From Bacillota bacterium (GTDB lineage: Bacteria > Bacillota > Limnochordia > Darwinibacteriales > DTU012): a stretch of 61,615 nt of DNA. Where the stretch lies: assembly GCA_012521805.1 (NCBI GenBank), contig JAAYLQ010000127.1, positions 1 through 61,615 on the forward strand, written 5' to 3'. The notes under the pieces were generated by a model, which had not been told where the DNA came from, searched no databases, and worked only from the letters and a program-made list of their open reading frames with translations. Position 1 is the stretch's first letter. Each line of letters opens with the position of its first letter. The position numbers and the translations under genes were made by a program. Positions 19,318-27,881 of this stretch are shown in pieces.

Positions 19318-21357
19318 GTGTTGTCTCTCTCACAAAGGACAAAACTTTTGATCACGGTCATTATGATGCTCGCAGTGTGTACCACCAGCACCGCTGCTGA
19401 TGAACAAGAGGTCAATCTGGAAATTGCCAACGAGTATATCCGGATTATTATCAATAACCTAGAGGAAAACATGGGCAGATTCTCTGTTGGGACAACCGGA
19501 GGAGATCCTGACCGGGTTGGGGATGAGAATCAGCATTTAATCTATGGCGGTGCAGAGCCGTGGACGTCCTATACCACTGTGCGGATAGGTAATCAAAACT
19601 GGGTTTACGGCAACCCAACCAATCGGCGAGCAGGTCGTAATGGTTTGTATGGTGAAGTAGTGCAGCCTCCAACCATCGTTGATGATAGTCTGGTGAGTAG
19701 TTGGCAGTTGGGGCCAATTCTTGTAACCCAAACCCTCACTTTCGCCCGCAGCATCACTTCGGGATTAATGGACACTGCTAAGATCGAGTATCAACTGGTG
19801 AATACTGACAGTGTAGCCCATATGGTTGGTTTAAGATTAGTAATCGATACTATGCTTGGCCAAAATGATGGTGCTCCTTTCCGGTTAAATGATCGGGCAA
19901 TTGTAACAGACACTGTTTTTTACAGAGATCAGATGCCCGCTTTCTGGCAAGCATTTGATTCCCTGTCTAATCCACGGGTTATGTCCCAGGGAACACTGGT
20001 TGGTGGAGAGGTTACTCCTCCAGACCGAGTATATTTTAGCAACTGGGGCAGTATTGTTGATGGTTTGTGGAACTTTGAGTTTCAGCCTGGTAGGGACTTT
20101 ACGCGCTCTGGTGAGTTTGAGCTTGATAGCGCCATCGCTATGTATTGGGATCAAACGCCTTTAGCACCTAACGAAACACGCACTTATGTTTCTTATTATG
20201 GACTTGGCGGCGTTACAATTGCTCCCGGCGAATTGTCAGTCGGCTTAACCTCTCCATGGCAGGTTCGGGGAGATCAGAGACACCGCGAATCATTTACAAT
20301 TGTTGCTTATATCCAAAACACTGGTCAGGGTGAAGCCCGAAATGTCACGGCGACCTTATCGCTACCTCCTGAATTAGAATTGGTCAACGCCAGTGCGACA
20401 CCACTCAAACGGCATTTTGGCAGTCTAGACGTAAATGAAACGATTCAGACCAGCTGGCAGGTAATACCAACCGGTAATAGTTCCGGTACTGTTACATATC
20501 AAGTTCAAGTTGATGCGGAAAACAGCGAATCTAGTATTGCCAACCGAAACATTGAAATTGTTAGACCTGACTATTTAGACATCAAGCTGGAGGGACCACT
20601 GGCATTAGGGGTTGAAAATGAGCGTCTCTCTCCTCTCCCAATGAAGGTAAAGGCTGAAATAACGAACATTGGAGGAGCGGCCGCTCACAATGTATATGCA
20701 GTGCTTTCGCATCCGATGTTCAGCCTGCCCCAAGGTGAGCATGCTGTCAAACATCTAGGAACAATCGAACCCAATAAGACAGCTCAAGCAGTTTGGCATC
20801 TAGATCCGTCAGGAGTTTCTGGCCAATTGGTTTATTCACTGACAGTTTATTCCGACACGGATAGATATGGTTCAGATCCTAATTTCGTTATCGTTCCTTA
20901 TATTGAACCCAAAGTATTTGTTGGGGAACCGCAGACTACTAAGTCCAAAATCACTGCAGGCGAGTATTTTTCAGTTCCGATAATGGCAACAAATATTCCA
21001 GATTTTCGCAAGGCGGAATTAGAGATCGGATTTGACCCAACAATGGTTGAAATTGTCGGCAGAACACTAGATCTTACTCGGGGTACTCTATTTGTTGATC
21101 CAACCCGAGATCCAGCTAAACTATTAGATTGGCAGACACCAATTGTTGATAATATTAACGGCCTTGTTCGCGGTATTGTTGGTGATCGGGGCAGCGACAG
21201 CCCGCTGCAATCAGCGTATGGAACTTTAATTACTATTCACTTTAGGGCAAAGCAAAGTGGCACAACCGAAATTAAAATCAATGATGTTTCAGTATATGAT
21301 AGTAAGCTCTATCCAATTGCAGTGACTGCAGTGAATCGAAAAATCGTGATCGAATAA
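19318..21357 (+). CDS. secreted multidomain protein: unknown N-terminal domain, two Ig-like (CARDB/NEW3-like) modules and a C-terminal cohesin-like domain
   Basis: A signal peptide is present (LLITVIMMLAVCTTSTAADE). Two repeats of the type FTIVAYIQNTGQGEARNVTATLSLPPELELV and MKVKAEITNIGGAAAHNVYAVLSHPMFSLP are seen. The C-terminus (GEYFSVPIMATNIPDFRKAELEIGFDPTMVEIVG...TLITIHFRAKQSGTTEIKIN) resembles type-I cohesin. Domain names come from recall only. The start is GTG 19318 or 19309. Confidence 0.55.
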   Translation: MLSLSQRTKLLITVIMMLAVCTTSTAADEQEVNLEIANEYIRIIINNLEENMGRFSVGTTGGDPDRVGDENQHLIYGGAEPWTSYTTVRIGNQNWVYGNPTNRRAGRNGLYGEVVQPPTIVDDSLVSSWQLGPILVTQTLTFARSITSGLMDTAKIEYQLVNTDSVAHMVGLRLVIDTMLGQNDGAPFRLNDRAIVTDTVFYRDQMPAFWQAFDSLSNPRVMSQGTLVGGEVTPPDRVYFSNWGSIVDGLWNFEFQPGRDFTRSGEFELDSAIAMYWDQTPLAPNETRTYVSYYGLGGVTIAPGELSVGLTSPWQVRGDQRHRESFTIVAYIQNTGQGEARNVTATLSLPPELELVNASATPLKRHFGSLDVNETIQTSWQVIPTGNSSGTVTYQVQVDAENSESSIANRNIEIVRPDYLDIKLEGPLALGVENERLSPLPMKVKAEITNIGGAAAHNVYAVLSHPMFSLPQGEHAVKHLGTIEPNKTAQAVWHLDPSGVSGQLVYSLTVYSDTDRYGSDPNFVIVPYIEPKVFVGEPQTTKSKITAGEYFSVPIMATNIPDFRKAELEIGFDPTMVEIVGRTLDLTRGTLFVDPTRDPAKLLDWQTPIVDNINGLVRGIVGDRGSDSPLQSAYGTLITIHFRAKQSGTTEIKINDVSVYDSKLYPIAVTAVNRKIVIE

Positions 21358-21378
21358 GTCTTAAGGGAGGATATTTTG

Positions 21379-22683
21379 ATGAAAAGCTCGCGGATTGTTA
21401 GTGGTTTTCTTGTACTGGTACTGGTTATCAGCTGTACAGTTCAGCCTGTCCTGGCCAGTGTAACAGATGTTCCTCGGGATCACTGGGCATATCAAGCGGT
21501 AATATCATTGGTTAACCGCGGATTTTTAGCAACTTATGAGGATGGTAGTTTTCAAGGAACCAATCCGGTTGATCGGTACACACTAGCTGTCACTGTAGCA
21601 CGAATTTTAGATGAAATCGAAGCTGGCCGGGTTATGGGTTCCCAAAGTGATATCGACTTGCTGCGTGATTTGAGTAATGAATTCCGTACTGAGCTGGTCC
21701 AATTTTACGCAGATAAACAGCTGCTGGAAAAAAATGTTGACGAAACCCAAAAATTAGGGTTAGCTACAGAAGAACGGGTTAACAAGGTAGTCGCCAGCCA
21801 AGCGGAATTGATGGAAACGGTTGCTCGTTTAAAAGCAGATATTATGGAAGAAGCATCCAAAACGGCGGAAATCTTGAAAGAACAGAGAAGTCTCATTGAA
21901 CAAACGCAGGCGGCAGTAAATGTCCAGGCAGAGTCACTCCAATCGCAGCATGAACAGATCCAGACTCACCAGGAAAGCATCTCTGAACTGCAGCAGGCAG
22001 TCATCAAAGTTGATGAACAGCTGAGGTTACAGCAAGCGGATCTCCAGCGTCTGCAAAATTGGACTGCTGAAAAAGACGCAATTTTTTCGATGCTGGTATT
22101 TGATGCGGATTTTCAATCTTCCTTAGAGGAGCTTTCAACCCAATTAGCCCAGGAGCTTGAAACTCGCGAGCAGGAACAGCAGGGAGAACTGCAGGCACTG
22201 CAGCAAAAAGTGGACGAACTGCTTGCTGCCATTGCCAGAACTGATGGAGAATTGGTTCGCAGCTACGAGCAGTTGAAAGTTCAACTAGAGAATTTGAATA
22301 GGCGAAATCAGGAATTAGAAAAAGATCTCCAGAATATTGCGGTATTGCTTGAACAAGAAAAGCAGAACCGCACTGTTCAAGCTCAGAGCTACGACAGTGC
22401 TCTTACAGAACTGCGGGCAGAAATCGAGCGGGTCGCTGCTCAGGTAGGTATTTCGGAGGAAGAATTGGCAGCACTAAACAAACGAATTTCTGATGAGATT
22501 GCGGTGCAGATGAATGCAGCAATTATTAGGGAGCGGGGGCTATCCACTACAGTTGCTGAGCTGCAGGCTGAATTCGACACTTACAAAGCAGCAGCCGAAA
22601 AGGAAATAAAATCAGCGAAGAGTACTGCCATGATAGCTATTGCAGCAGCCGCGGTGAGCGTTTTAATCGGATTCATAAAATAG
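21379..22683 (+). CDS. SLH-domain / long coiled-coil protein with a C-terminal transmembrane anchor
   Basis: A signal peptide is followed by one SLH domain (DVPRDHWAYQAVISLVNRGFLATYEDGSFQGTNPVDRYTLAVTVARIL). About 300 aa of heptad-rich, Q/E/L-rich sequence follow, then a terminal hydrophobic helix (TAMIAIAAAAVSVLIGFIK). Confidence 0.7.
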   Translation: MKSSRIVSGFLVLVLVISCTVQPVLASVTDVPRDHWAYQAVISLVNRGFLATYEDGSFQGTNPVDRYTLAVTVARILDEIEAGRVMGSQSDIDLLRDLSNEFRTELVQFYADKQLLEKNVDETQKLGLATEERVNKVVASQAELMETVARLKADIMEEASKTAEILKEQRSLIEQTQAAVNVQAESLQSQHEQIQTHQESISELQQAVIKVDEQLRLQQADLQRLQNWTAEKDAIFSMLVFDADFQSSLEELSTQLAQELETREQEQQGELQALQQKVDELLAAIARTDGELVRSYEQLKVQLENLNRRNQELEKDLQNIAVLLEQEKQNRTVQAQSYDSALTELRAEIERVAAQVGISEEELAALNKRISDEIAVQMNAAIIRERGLSTTVAELQAEFDTYKAAAEKEIKSAKSTAMIAIAAAAVSVLIGFIK

Positions 22684-22700
22684 AATACCACTTGATGTTT

Positions 22701-22738
22701 AAATCTAACCTGTTTTACAAGCAGGTTAGATTTTTTTT
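22701..22738 (+). terminator. intrinsic terminator closing the ExbB...SLH operon
   Basis: The hairpin is TCTAACCTG-ttttacaag-CAGGTTAGA followed by TTTTTTTT. Confidence 0.88.
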
Positions 22739-22852
22739 GCTCAATGTTAGTGCGCCAGAGTTTTATGATTTTGCAGGGAATTTATGGATTATAATCGAAC
22801 TTAGTAGTTATATGAAAGACTATATCACTATTTCCGAAAGGAGCACATCGAA

Positions 22853-23365
22853 ATGGCGAATGAACTAACAGTAGAACAAGAAATCCAGTTAGTTGTCTTC
22901 GATCTTTATAATGAAGAGTTTGCCTTCGAAATAACCCAAGTGCGGGAAATTATTAAACCGCCGAGCATCACCAAACTGCCCCATGCAAGTGACTATATTG
23001 AAGGGGTTACTAATATTCGCGGTGAGATTATTCCCGTAATTTCTCTCCGAAAACGTTTCAGCGTGCCTGAAACAGAAAATACCTCTGAAACTCGGGTAAT
23101 TATTGTTGATATCGAGAATGCTTGTGTTGGTTTTGTTGTTGACGCAGTAACCGAAGTAATGCGGGTGCCTCAGTCTGCGATTGAACCACCTCCACGCAGT
23201 GTTGCCGGTTTGCGAGCTGAATACTTAAAAGGTGTTGGAAAAGTCGGCGATCGTTTGATCATTCTCTTAGAGGTAGGGAAAATTCTCACTTCAGAGGAAC
23301 AGATTGAGCTAAAAAATCTGGAAAGTATCCAAACCGAAGCTGCTTCCACTAGAGAAACAGAATAA
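22853..23365 (+). CDS. cheW: chemotaxis coupling protein CheW
   Basis: A CheW domain is present (LVVFDLYNEEFAFEITQVREII...GVTNIRGEIIPVISLRKRF). Confidence 0.92.
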   Translation: MANELTVEQEIQLVVFDLYNEEFAFEITQVREIIKPPSITKLPHASDYIEGVTNIRGEIIPVISLRKRFSVPETENTSETRVIIVDIENACVGFVVDAVTEVMRVPQSAIEPPPRSVAGLRAEYLKGVGKVGDRLIILLEVGKILTSEEQIELKNLESIQTEAASTRETE

Positions 23366-23376
23366 TCTGCCGATAT
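23350..23376 (+). promoter_or_regulatory. candidate sigma-D (sigma-28) promoter upstream of fliM
   Basis: The sequence is TAGA, a 15-nt spacer, then GCCGATAT. The -10 element is an 8/8 match to the B. subtilis sigma-D consensus TAAA-N15-GCCGATAT. It lies 32 nt upstream of the fliM ATG. Confidence 0.5.
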
Positions 23377-23407
23377 ATGTATTAGAGAGAAAAGAGGTGA
23401 GGTAAAG

Positions 23408-24385
23408 ATGGAAGACATTCTCACTCAATCAGAAATTGACCTACTAATTCAAGCCACTTTACAACCACAAGACGCGCTTCAAGAAGTAATCGACAACATC
23501 ACAGACGCCAGCTATGACTTTACCAAACCCAACAAGTTTTCTAAGGATCAGCTGAGGGGACTGCAGAGAATACACGAGCAGTTCAGTCGAGCATACTCAG
23601 GATTAATGTCAGCCAAATTTCGCACTCGCTTTGAACTGAAGTTCCAAGCCATTGATCAGCTTACCTTCGGTGAGTTTGTTCGATCGCTGCCAAATCCTTC
23701 GGTATTGAGTATTTTTGATGCATCACCTTTACCAGGCAGTATTGTAGTGCAGCTCTCACCAGATAGTGCGTTTATCATGCATGACCGCCTCTGCGGAGGC
23801 AGGGGTGAGAGTTATGGGTTTACCCGAGGATTAAGCGATATCGAGATGGTCGTATTTAAGCGCCAGGTGATCGCTAATTTTGGGAAAATCTTGAGTGATG
23901 CATGGCAGGATATCGAAAAAATAGATTTCAAACTTATGCAGGTTGAACACAATCCTCAGTTTTTGCAATTGGCATCAGATCGAGACGTTGTGGTAGTTGT
24001 TTCACTTCGATTTGATTTCAATGAGGTAACCGACAGTTTCAATATCTGTATTCCGTTTAGAACGATTGAGCCTGTACTGTCGAGGATTAACCAGCATCGC
24101 CTGTTTGAATCGCTTTCTCCCCCGGATCCAGAAAAGTTAGCGCAGTTAAGAGAAAAAGTAAAGTCAGCTGTCCTGCCAATAGAAGTTGAGCTTGGAGCAG
24201 CTGTAGTCACTGTAAACGAATTGCTCACTTTAGAAGTAGGAGATGTTATTGAACTGGATCGCAAGCGGAGTGAAAATGTGGATGTCAAAATAGGCTCGCT
24301 TACGAAGTTTAAAGCAACTCCAGGCAAGTTAGGCAGTAAACTTGGCGTTGTTATTACATCGATATGTGAATCACAAGAGGAGTAG
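23408..24385 (+). CDS. fliM: flagellar motor switch protein FliM
   Basis: The N-terminal CheY-P binding peptide is present (LTQSEIDLLI). The FliM middle domain and the C-terminal SpoA/FliN-like domain follow (VTVNELLTLEVGDVIELD). Confidence 0.9.
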   Translation: MEDILTQSEIDLLIQATLQPQDALQEVIDNITDASYDFTKPNKFSKDQLRGLQRIHEQFSRAYSGLMSAKFRTRFELKFQAIDQLTFGEFVRSLPNPSVLSIFDASPLPGSIVVQLSPDSAFIMHDRLCGGRGESYGFTRGLSDIEMVVFKRQVIANFGKILSDAWQDIEKIDFKLMQVEHNPQFLQLASDRDVVVVVSLRFDFNEVTDSFNICIPFRTIEPVLSRINQHRLFESLSPPDPEKLAQLREKVKSAVLPIEVELGAAVVTVNELLTLEVGDVIELDRKRSENVDVKIGSLTKFKATPGKLGSKLGVVITSICESQEE

Positions 24386-24389
24386 GAAA

Positions 24390-25421
24390 ATGAGTAACGA
24401 TATTTTAGATCAAAATGAAATTGATGCTCTGATTCACGCAAGGAATTCTGAGAACGTTAATAATTTAACCGATACGGAAAAAGATACTCTAGCTGAAATT
24501 GGGAACATCTCCATGGGATCGGCTGCAACAGCCCTGTCTACTTTAATCAATAAAAAGGTTAGCATTACTGTTCCTGATGTTTCAGTGAAAACATTAGGCG
24601 AGATCCAAGAAAGTTATCCGATTCCCTGCATCGTTGTGGATGTAAAATACCAAACAGGGCTTCAGGGCTCAAACTTATTGGTGATTAAAGAACAGGATGC
24701 AGCGGTAATCGGAAATCTAATGATGGGCATTGATGAGGGCGAGATTCCAGAGTTTGTTGACGAGATCAGTATGAGCGCCCTGTCTGAGGCAATGAATGTG
24801 ATGATGGGTTCAGCTGCTACAGCTATGTCGGAGCTGTTTAACAAGAAAATAAACATCTCACCTCCAGATGCTTTTAGACAAGATCTTGGTGAAAAGATTG
24901 ATTCACTTGGAGACCGCGATGAGCTCGTTGCAGTGGTCTCGTTCCGATTTAGTATCTCAGATGTAGTAGATAGCGTAATGCTGCAGATTATAGATATTGA
25001 TTTTGCCAAAGAAATGGTTGAGATACTGTTTTCCTCTGGCGAAAGCGAACCAGTGCAGACGTCAGAAACTCAGTACACAGCTGTGGAGGAGCAAGAGCCA
25101 GCTCCAGCTGCTTGGGGTAGTTTACAGGCAGATGGAAATCAGGACAGCATGGAATTAGGCAATCTCAATATCGAACTTATTAAAGATATCCCGGTGAAGG
25201 TTCGGGCCATTTTAGGAAGAACGAAGATGTCAATTGAAAACATCTTGAAGCTCGGTCCTGGTCACATTATGGAGCTTGACACTTTAGATGGCGAGCCGAT
25301 AGATGTTTATGCCAATAATACTTTGATAGCCCGGGGCGAAGTGGTAGTAGTAGGTGAACAATTTGGAATTAGAATCACTGAAATATCTAACGCTCGAAAC
25401 AGAATTAAGAGTATTAGCTGA
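24390..25421 (+). CDS. fliY: flagellar motor switch phosphatase FliY (CheC-like domains plus a FliN C-terminus)
   Basis: The N-terminus reads LDQNEIDALI. There are two CheC-type repeats (EIGNISMGSAATALSTL, EAMNVMMGSAATAMSEL). The FliN domain reads VRAILGRTKMSIENILKLGPGHIMELD. Confidence 0.88.
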   Translation: MSNDILDQNEIDALIHARNSENVNNLTDTEKDTLAEIGNISMGSAATALSTLINKKVSITVPDVSVKTLGEIQESYPIPCIVVDVKYQTGLQGSNLLVIKEQDAAVIGNLMMGIDEGEIPEFVDEISMSALSEAMNVMMGSAATAMSELFNKKINISPPDAFRQDLGEKIDSLGDRDELVAVVSFRFSISDVVDSVMLQIIDIDFAKEMVEILFSSGESEPVQTSETQYTAVEEQEPAPAAWGSLQADGNQDSMELGNLNIELIKDIPVKVRAILGRTKMSIENILKLGPGHIMELDTLDGEPIDVYANNTLIARGEVVVVGEQFGIRITEISNARNRIKSIS

Positions 25422-25448
25422 ATGCTATGAAGAAGGGGGGATGCACTT

Positions 25449-27536
25449 ATGGATGCATCTGAATTCAAAGATGTGTTTGCCGCAGAAGCCCATGAATATA
25501 TACAGGCTTTAAATCAAGATTTACTGCGCCTGGAAAGTAATCCAAATGATCGAGCAGCATTAAATGATATGTTTCGGGCTGCCCACAGCTTAAAGGGAAT
25601 GTCAGGCACAATGGGTTATCAAGAACTGGCGGATTTTACCCATCAAATCGAGAGCTTATTAGATCTGCTTCGAATCGGCGAGTTAACTGCGACCGAGTCT
25701 GTTGTCAACACAATGTTCTCTGCCATTGATAGCCTCCAGAACCTATTAGAGAAAACACTTCTGGAAGAAGAACTGCCAGACTTAGAGGAAGTTACTGCTG
25801 AGCTTCGTCATCTGATTCAGCAGCGGAACAATCTTGAGAGCAATCTTCATCAGCAGGACAGTAAAGAACAAAGCACAATGGAAGCTCAAATAGATATTGA
25901 GTTAGAGGATTTTGACCTTGAGGTAGTGCGAGCTGCGAAAAAGGAAGGGTATTTACCGTACAAGGTCGTTGTTCGTCTACTGCCTAAAACGCTGATGAAA
26001 TCAGTACGAGCATATACGGTATTCCAAGCACTGGAAAATATCGGCACGATCATCAAGAGCAATCCTCCTGCCCAGGAACTTGAGGACGAAAAGTTTGATC
26101 AGGAATTTGCCTTGGTTCTTCTTACCAAAAGGGATGCTGATACAGTAAAAAATACTGTTGAACGAATCTCTGAGATTGAGCATGTTGCTGTTTTGTCAAT
26201 TCAAACTGAATCTGCTGAGTCCGAGAGGCGGTCAGTTTTACCGCGTACAGGTGAGCAAGTGGTCAACGAAACCGCTGCTACTGCACAGGATCTTCCTGTT
26301 AAACAGAAACAATCAAGCTCTGTTACATCATTTTCACGAGGAGCTTTTGTAGATCGCTACATCCGAGTTGAAACTGAACGATTAGATGGATTAATTAATT
26401 TAATTGGTGAACTGGTAATCAGCAAAACGCAAGTAATGGAAATCGAAGCAGACCAGCTCACAGATAATACCAAGAATGCTTTAGTTCAGCTGGAACGGAT
26501 TACTACAGAACTGCAGTATGCTGCTATGAAACTGCGGATGGTGCCGATTAAACAGGTATTTGATCGGTTTCCAAGGCTAGTGCGGGATTTTGCCCAAGCA
26601 TCCGGTAAAGAGATCAATTTGGAAATTGTCGGTGAAGATACGGAGTTGGATCGCTCCTTAGTCAATCAAATTGGTGATCCCTTAGTCCATTTAGTCCGCA
26701 ACAGTATTGATCACGGAATTGAAACTACCGAAAAACGCAAGGCCCTTGGCAAGCCGGCTCAGGCAACTCTGAGGTTGAGCGCCTTCCATGAAGGCGGACA
26801 TGTTATTGTTCAGGTTTACGACGATGGACAGGGTTTAGAATTAGATCGCATCAAACAAACAGCAATTGAAAAAGGTCTGCTGCCTGCTAACTTCGCCAAC
26901 GACTTAACCATGGAACAAGCGGTAGAGCTAATCTTTAGACCTGGATTTAGTACTAATGAAGCTGTTACCGATGTTTCCGGTCGGGGAGTTGGGATGGACG
27001 CGGTTAAAAATATTGTTGAAGGATTGAGTGGACAAGTTGAGGTTGAGTCAGAGACCGGTCAAGGCACTTGTGTTACCATAAAACTTCCCCTTACATTGGC
27101 AATCATTAAAGCACTTTTGGTTACCTGCGGCGGTCAAGTTTATGCCCTGCCGATTCAATCAGTGCGTGAAAACTTATTAGCTGTTGAGAGCCAGATTAAA
27201 ACTATTTCACAGCAAAAAGTAATTGTACTGAGAGATGAAATTCTGCCACTAATTGATCTCAATGAAGCCCTCGGGTTTGGTCAATTAGACTATGGAGACA
27301 CTCTTTCAGTAATAGTAGTAGAGTCACAAGGTGAAAAGGCTGGTTTTGTTGTTGACGATATAATTGGACAGCAGGAGATTGTAATCAAATCATTATCAGA
27401 TATACTTGGCGATATTCGCGGCATCAGTGGTGCTACAGTATTAGGCAATGGTGAAGTAGCACTTATTCTAGACCACAATTCACTGATAAAAGGAAGGAGT
27501 GAATCCATTGGCCAAGACAGTATTAATTACCGATGA
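25449..27536 (+). CDS. cheA: chemotaxis histidine kinase CheA
   Basis: The Hpt domain (FRAAHSLKGMSGTMG) is followed by dimerization and HATPase domains (DDGQGL, GRGVGMDAV) and a C-terminal CheW-like domain. Confidence 0.95.
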   Translation: MDASEFKDVFAAEAHEYIQALNQDLLRLESNPNDRAALNDMFRAAHSLKGMSGTMGYQELADFTHQIESLLDLLRIGELTATESVVNTMFSAIDSLQNLLEKTLLEEELPDLEEVTAELRHLIQQRNNLESNLHQQDSKEQSTMEAQIDIELEDFDLEVVRAAKKEGYLPYKVVVRLLPKTLMKSVRAYTVFQALENIGTIIKSNPPAQELEDEKFDQEFALVLLTKRDADTVKNTVERISEIEHVAVLSIQTESAESERRSVLPRTGEQVVNETAATAQDLPVKQKQSSSVTSFSRGAFVDRYIRVETERLDGLINLIGELVISKTQVMEIEADQLTDNTKNALVQLERITTELQYAAMKLRMVPIKQVFDRFPRLVRDFAQASGKEINLEIVGEDTELDRSLVNQIGDPLVHLVRNSIDHGIETTEKRKALGKPAQATLRLSAFHEGGHVIVQVYDDGQGLELDRIKQTAIEKGLLPANFANDLTMEQAVELIFRPGFSTNEAVTDVSGRGVGMDAVKNIVEGLSGQVEVESETGQGTCVTIKLPLTLAIIKALLVTCGGQVYALPIQSVRENLLAVESQIKTISQQKVIVLRDEILPLIDLNEALGFGQLDYGDTLSVIVVESQGEKAGFVVDDIIGQQEIVIKSLSDILGDIRGISGATVLGNGEVALILDHNSLIKGRSESIGQDSINYR

Positions 27537-27870
27537 TACCGCTTTTATGCGGATGACACTCAGAAATGTGATTCAAAAAAATGGGTTCCACGTAATAGGT
27601 GAAGCAGCTGATGGAGAAGAAGCAGTCAGCAAATATAAGGAACTTCAGCCTGACCTTGTAACAATGGATATTACCATGCCAAAAATGGACGGCATAACTG
27701 CTATCAAAGAAATTATCAAGTACGACGCAAATGCAAAAATCATAGTCTGCAGTGCTATGGGTCAAAAACCGATGGTAATCGAAGCTCTTAATGCTGGTGC
27801 CAGAGACTTCTTGGTAAAACCTTTTGACGCTCAGCGTGTTATCGAGGCTTTACATAAGGCTTCCAGCTAG
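27508..27870 (+). CDS. cheY: chemotaxis response regulator CheY
   Basis: A receiver domain is present (VLITDDTAFMR, DLVTMDITMPKMDG, KP). TTG 27508 lies 8 nt after GGAG and overlaps the cheA 3' end by 29 nt. Confidence 0.9.
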   Translation: MAKTVLITDDTAFMRMTLRNVIQKNGFHVIGEAADGEEAVSKYKELQPDLVTMDITMPKMDGITAIKEIIKYDANAKIIVCSAMGQKPMVIEALNAGARDFLVKPFDAQRVIEALHKASS

Positions 27871-27881
27871 GAGGTTAACAG

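Noticed and set aside
22820-22845. A sigma-D-like motif (GAAA-N15-TCCGAAAG) lies upstream of cheW.
   Set aside because: The -10-like element overlaps the cheW Shine-Dalgarno sequence (GAAAGGAG), leaving no leader. It also has mismatches in both elements.
23956-24441. A 161-aa minus-strand ORF lies antisense to the fliM/fliY junction. Similar shadow ORFs occur elsewhere (8791-9258 in spoIIM, 24662-25009, 38706-39110, 28953-29258).
   Set aside because: All are fully contained in strongly supported plus-strand genes. They lack Shine-Dalgarno sequences and encode low-complexity products, so they are typical shadow ORFs.
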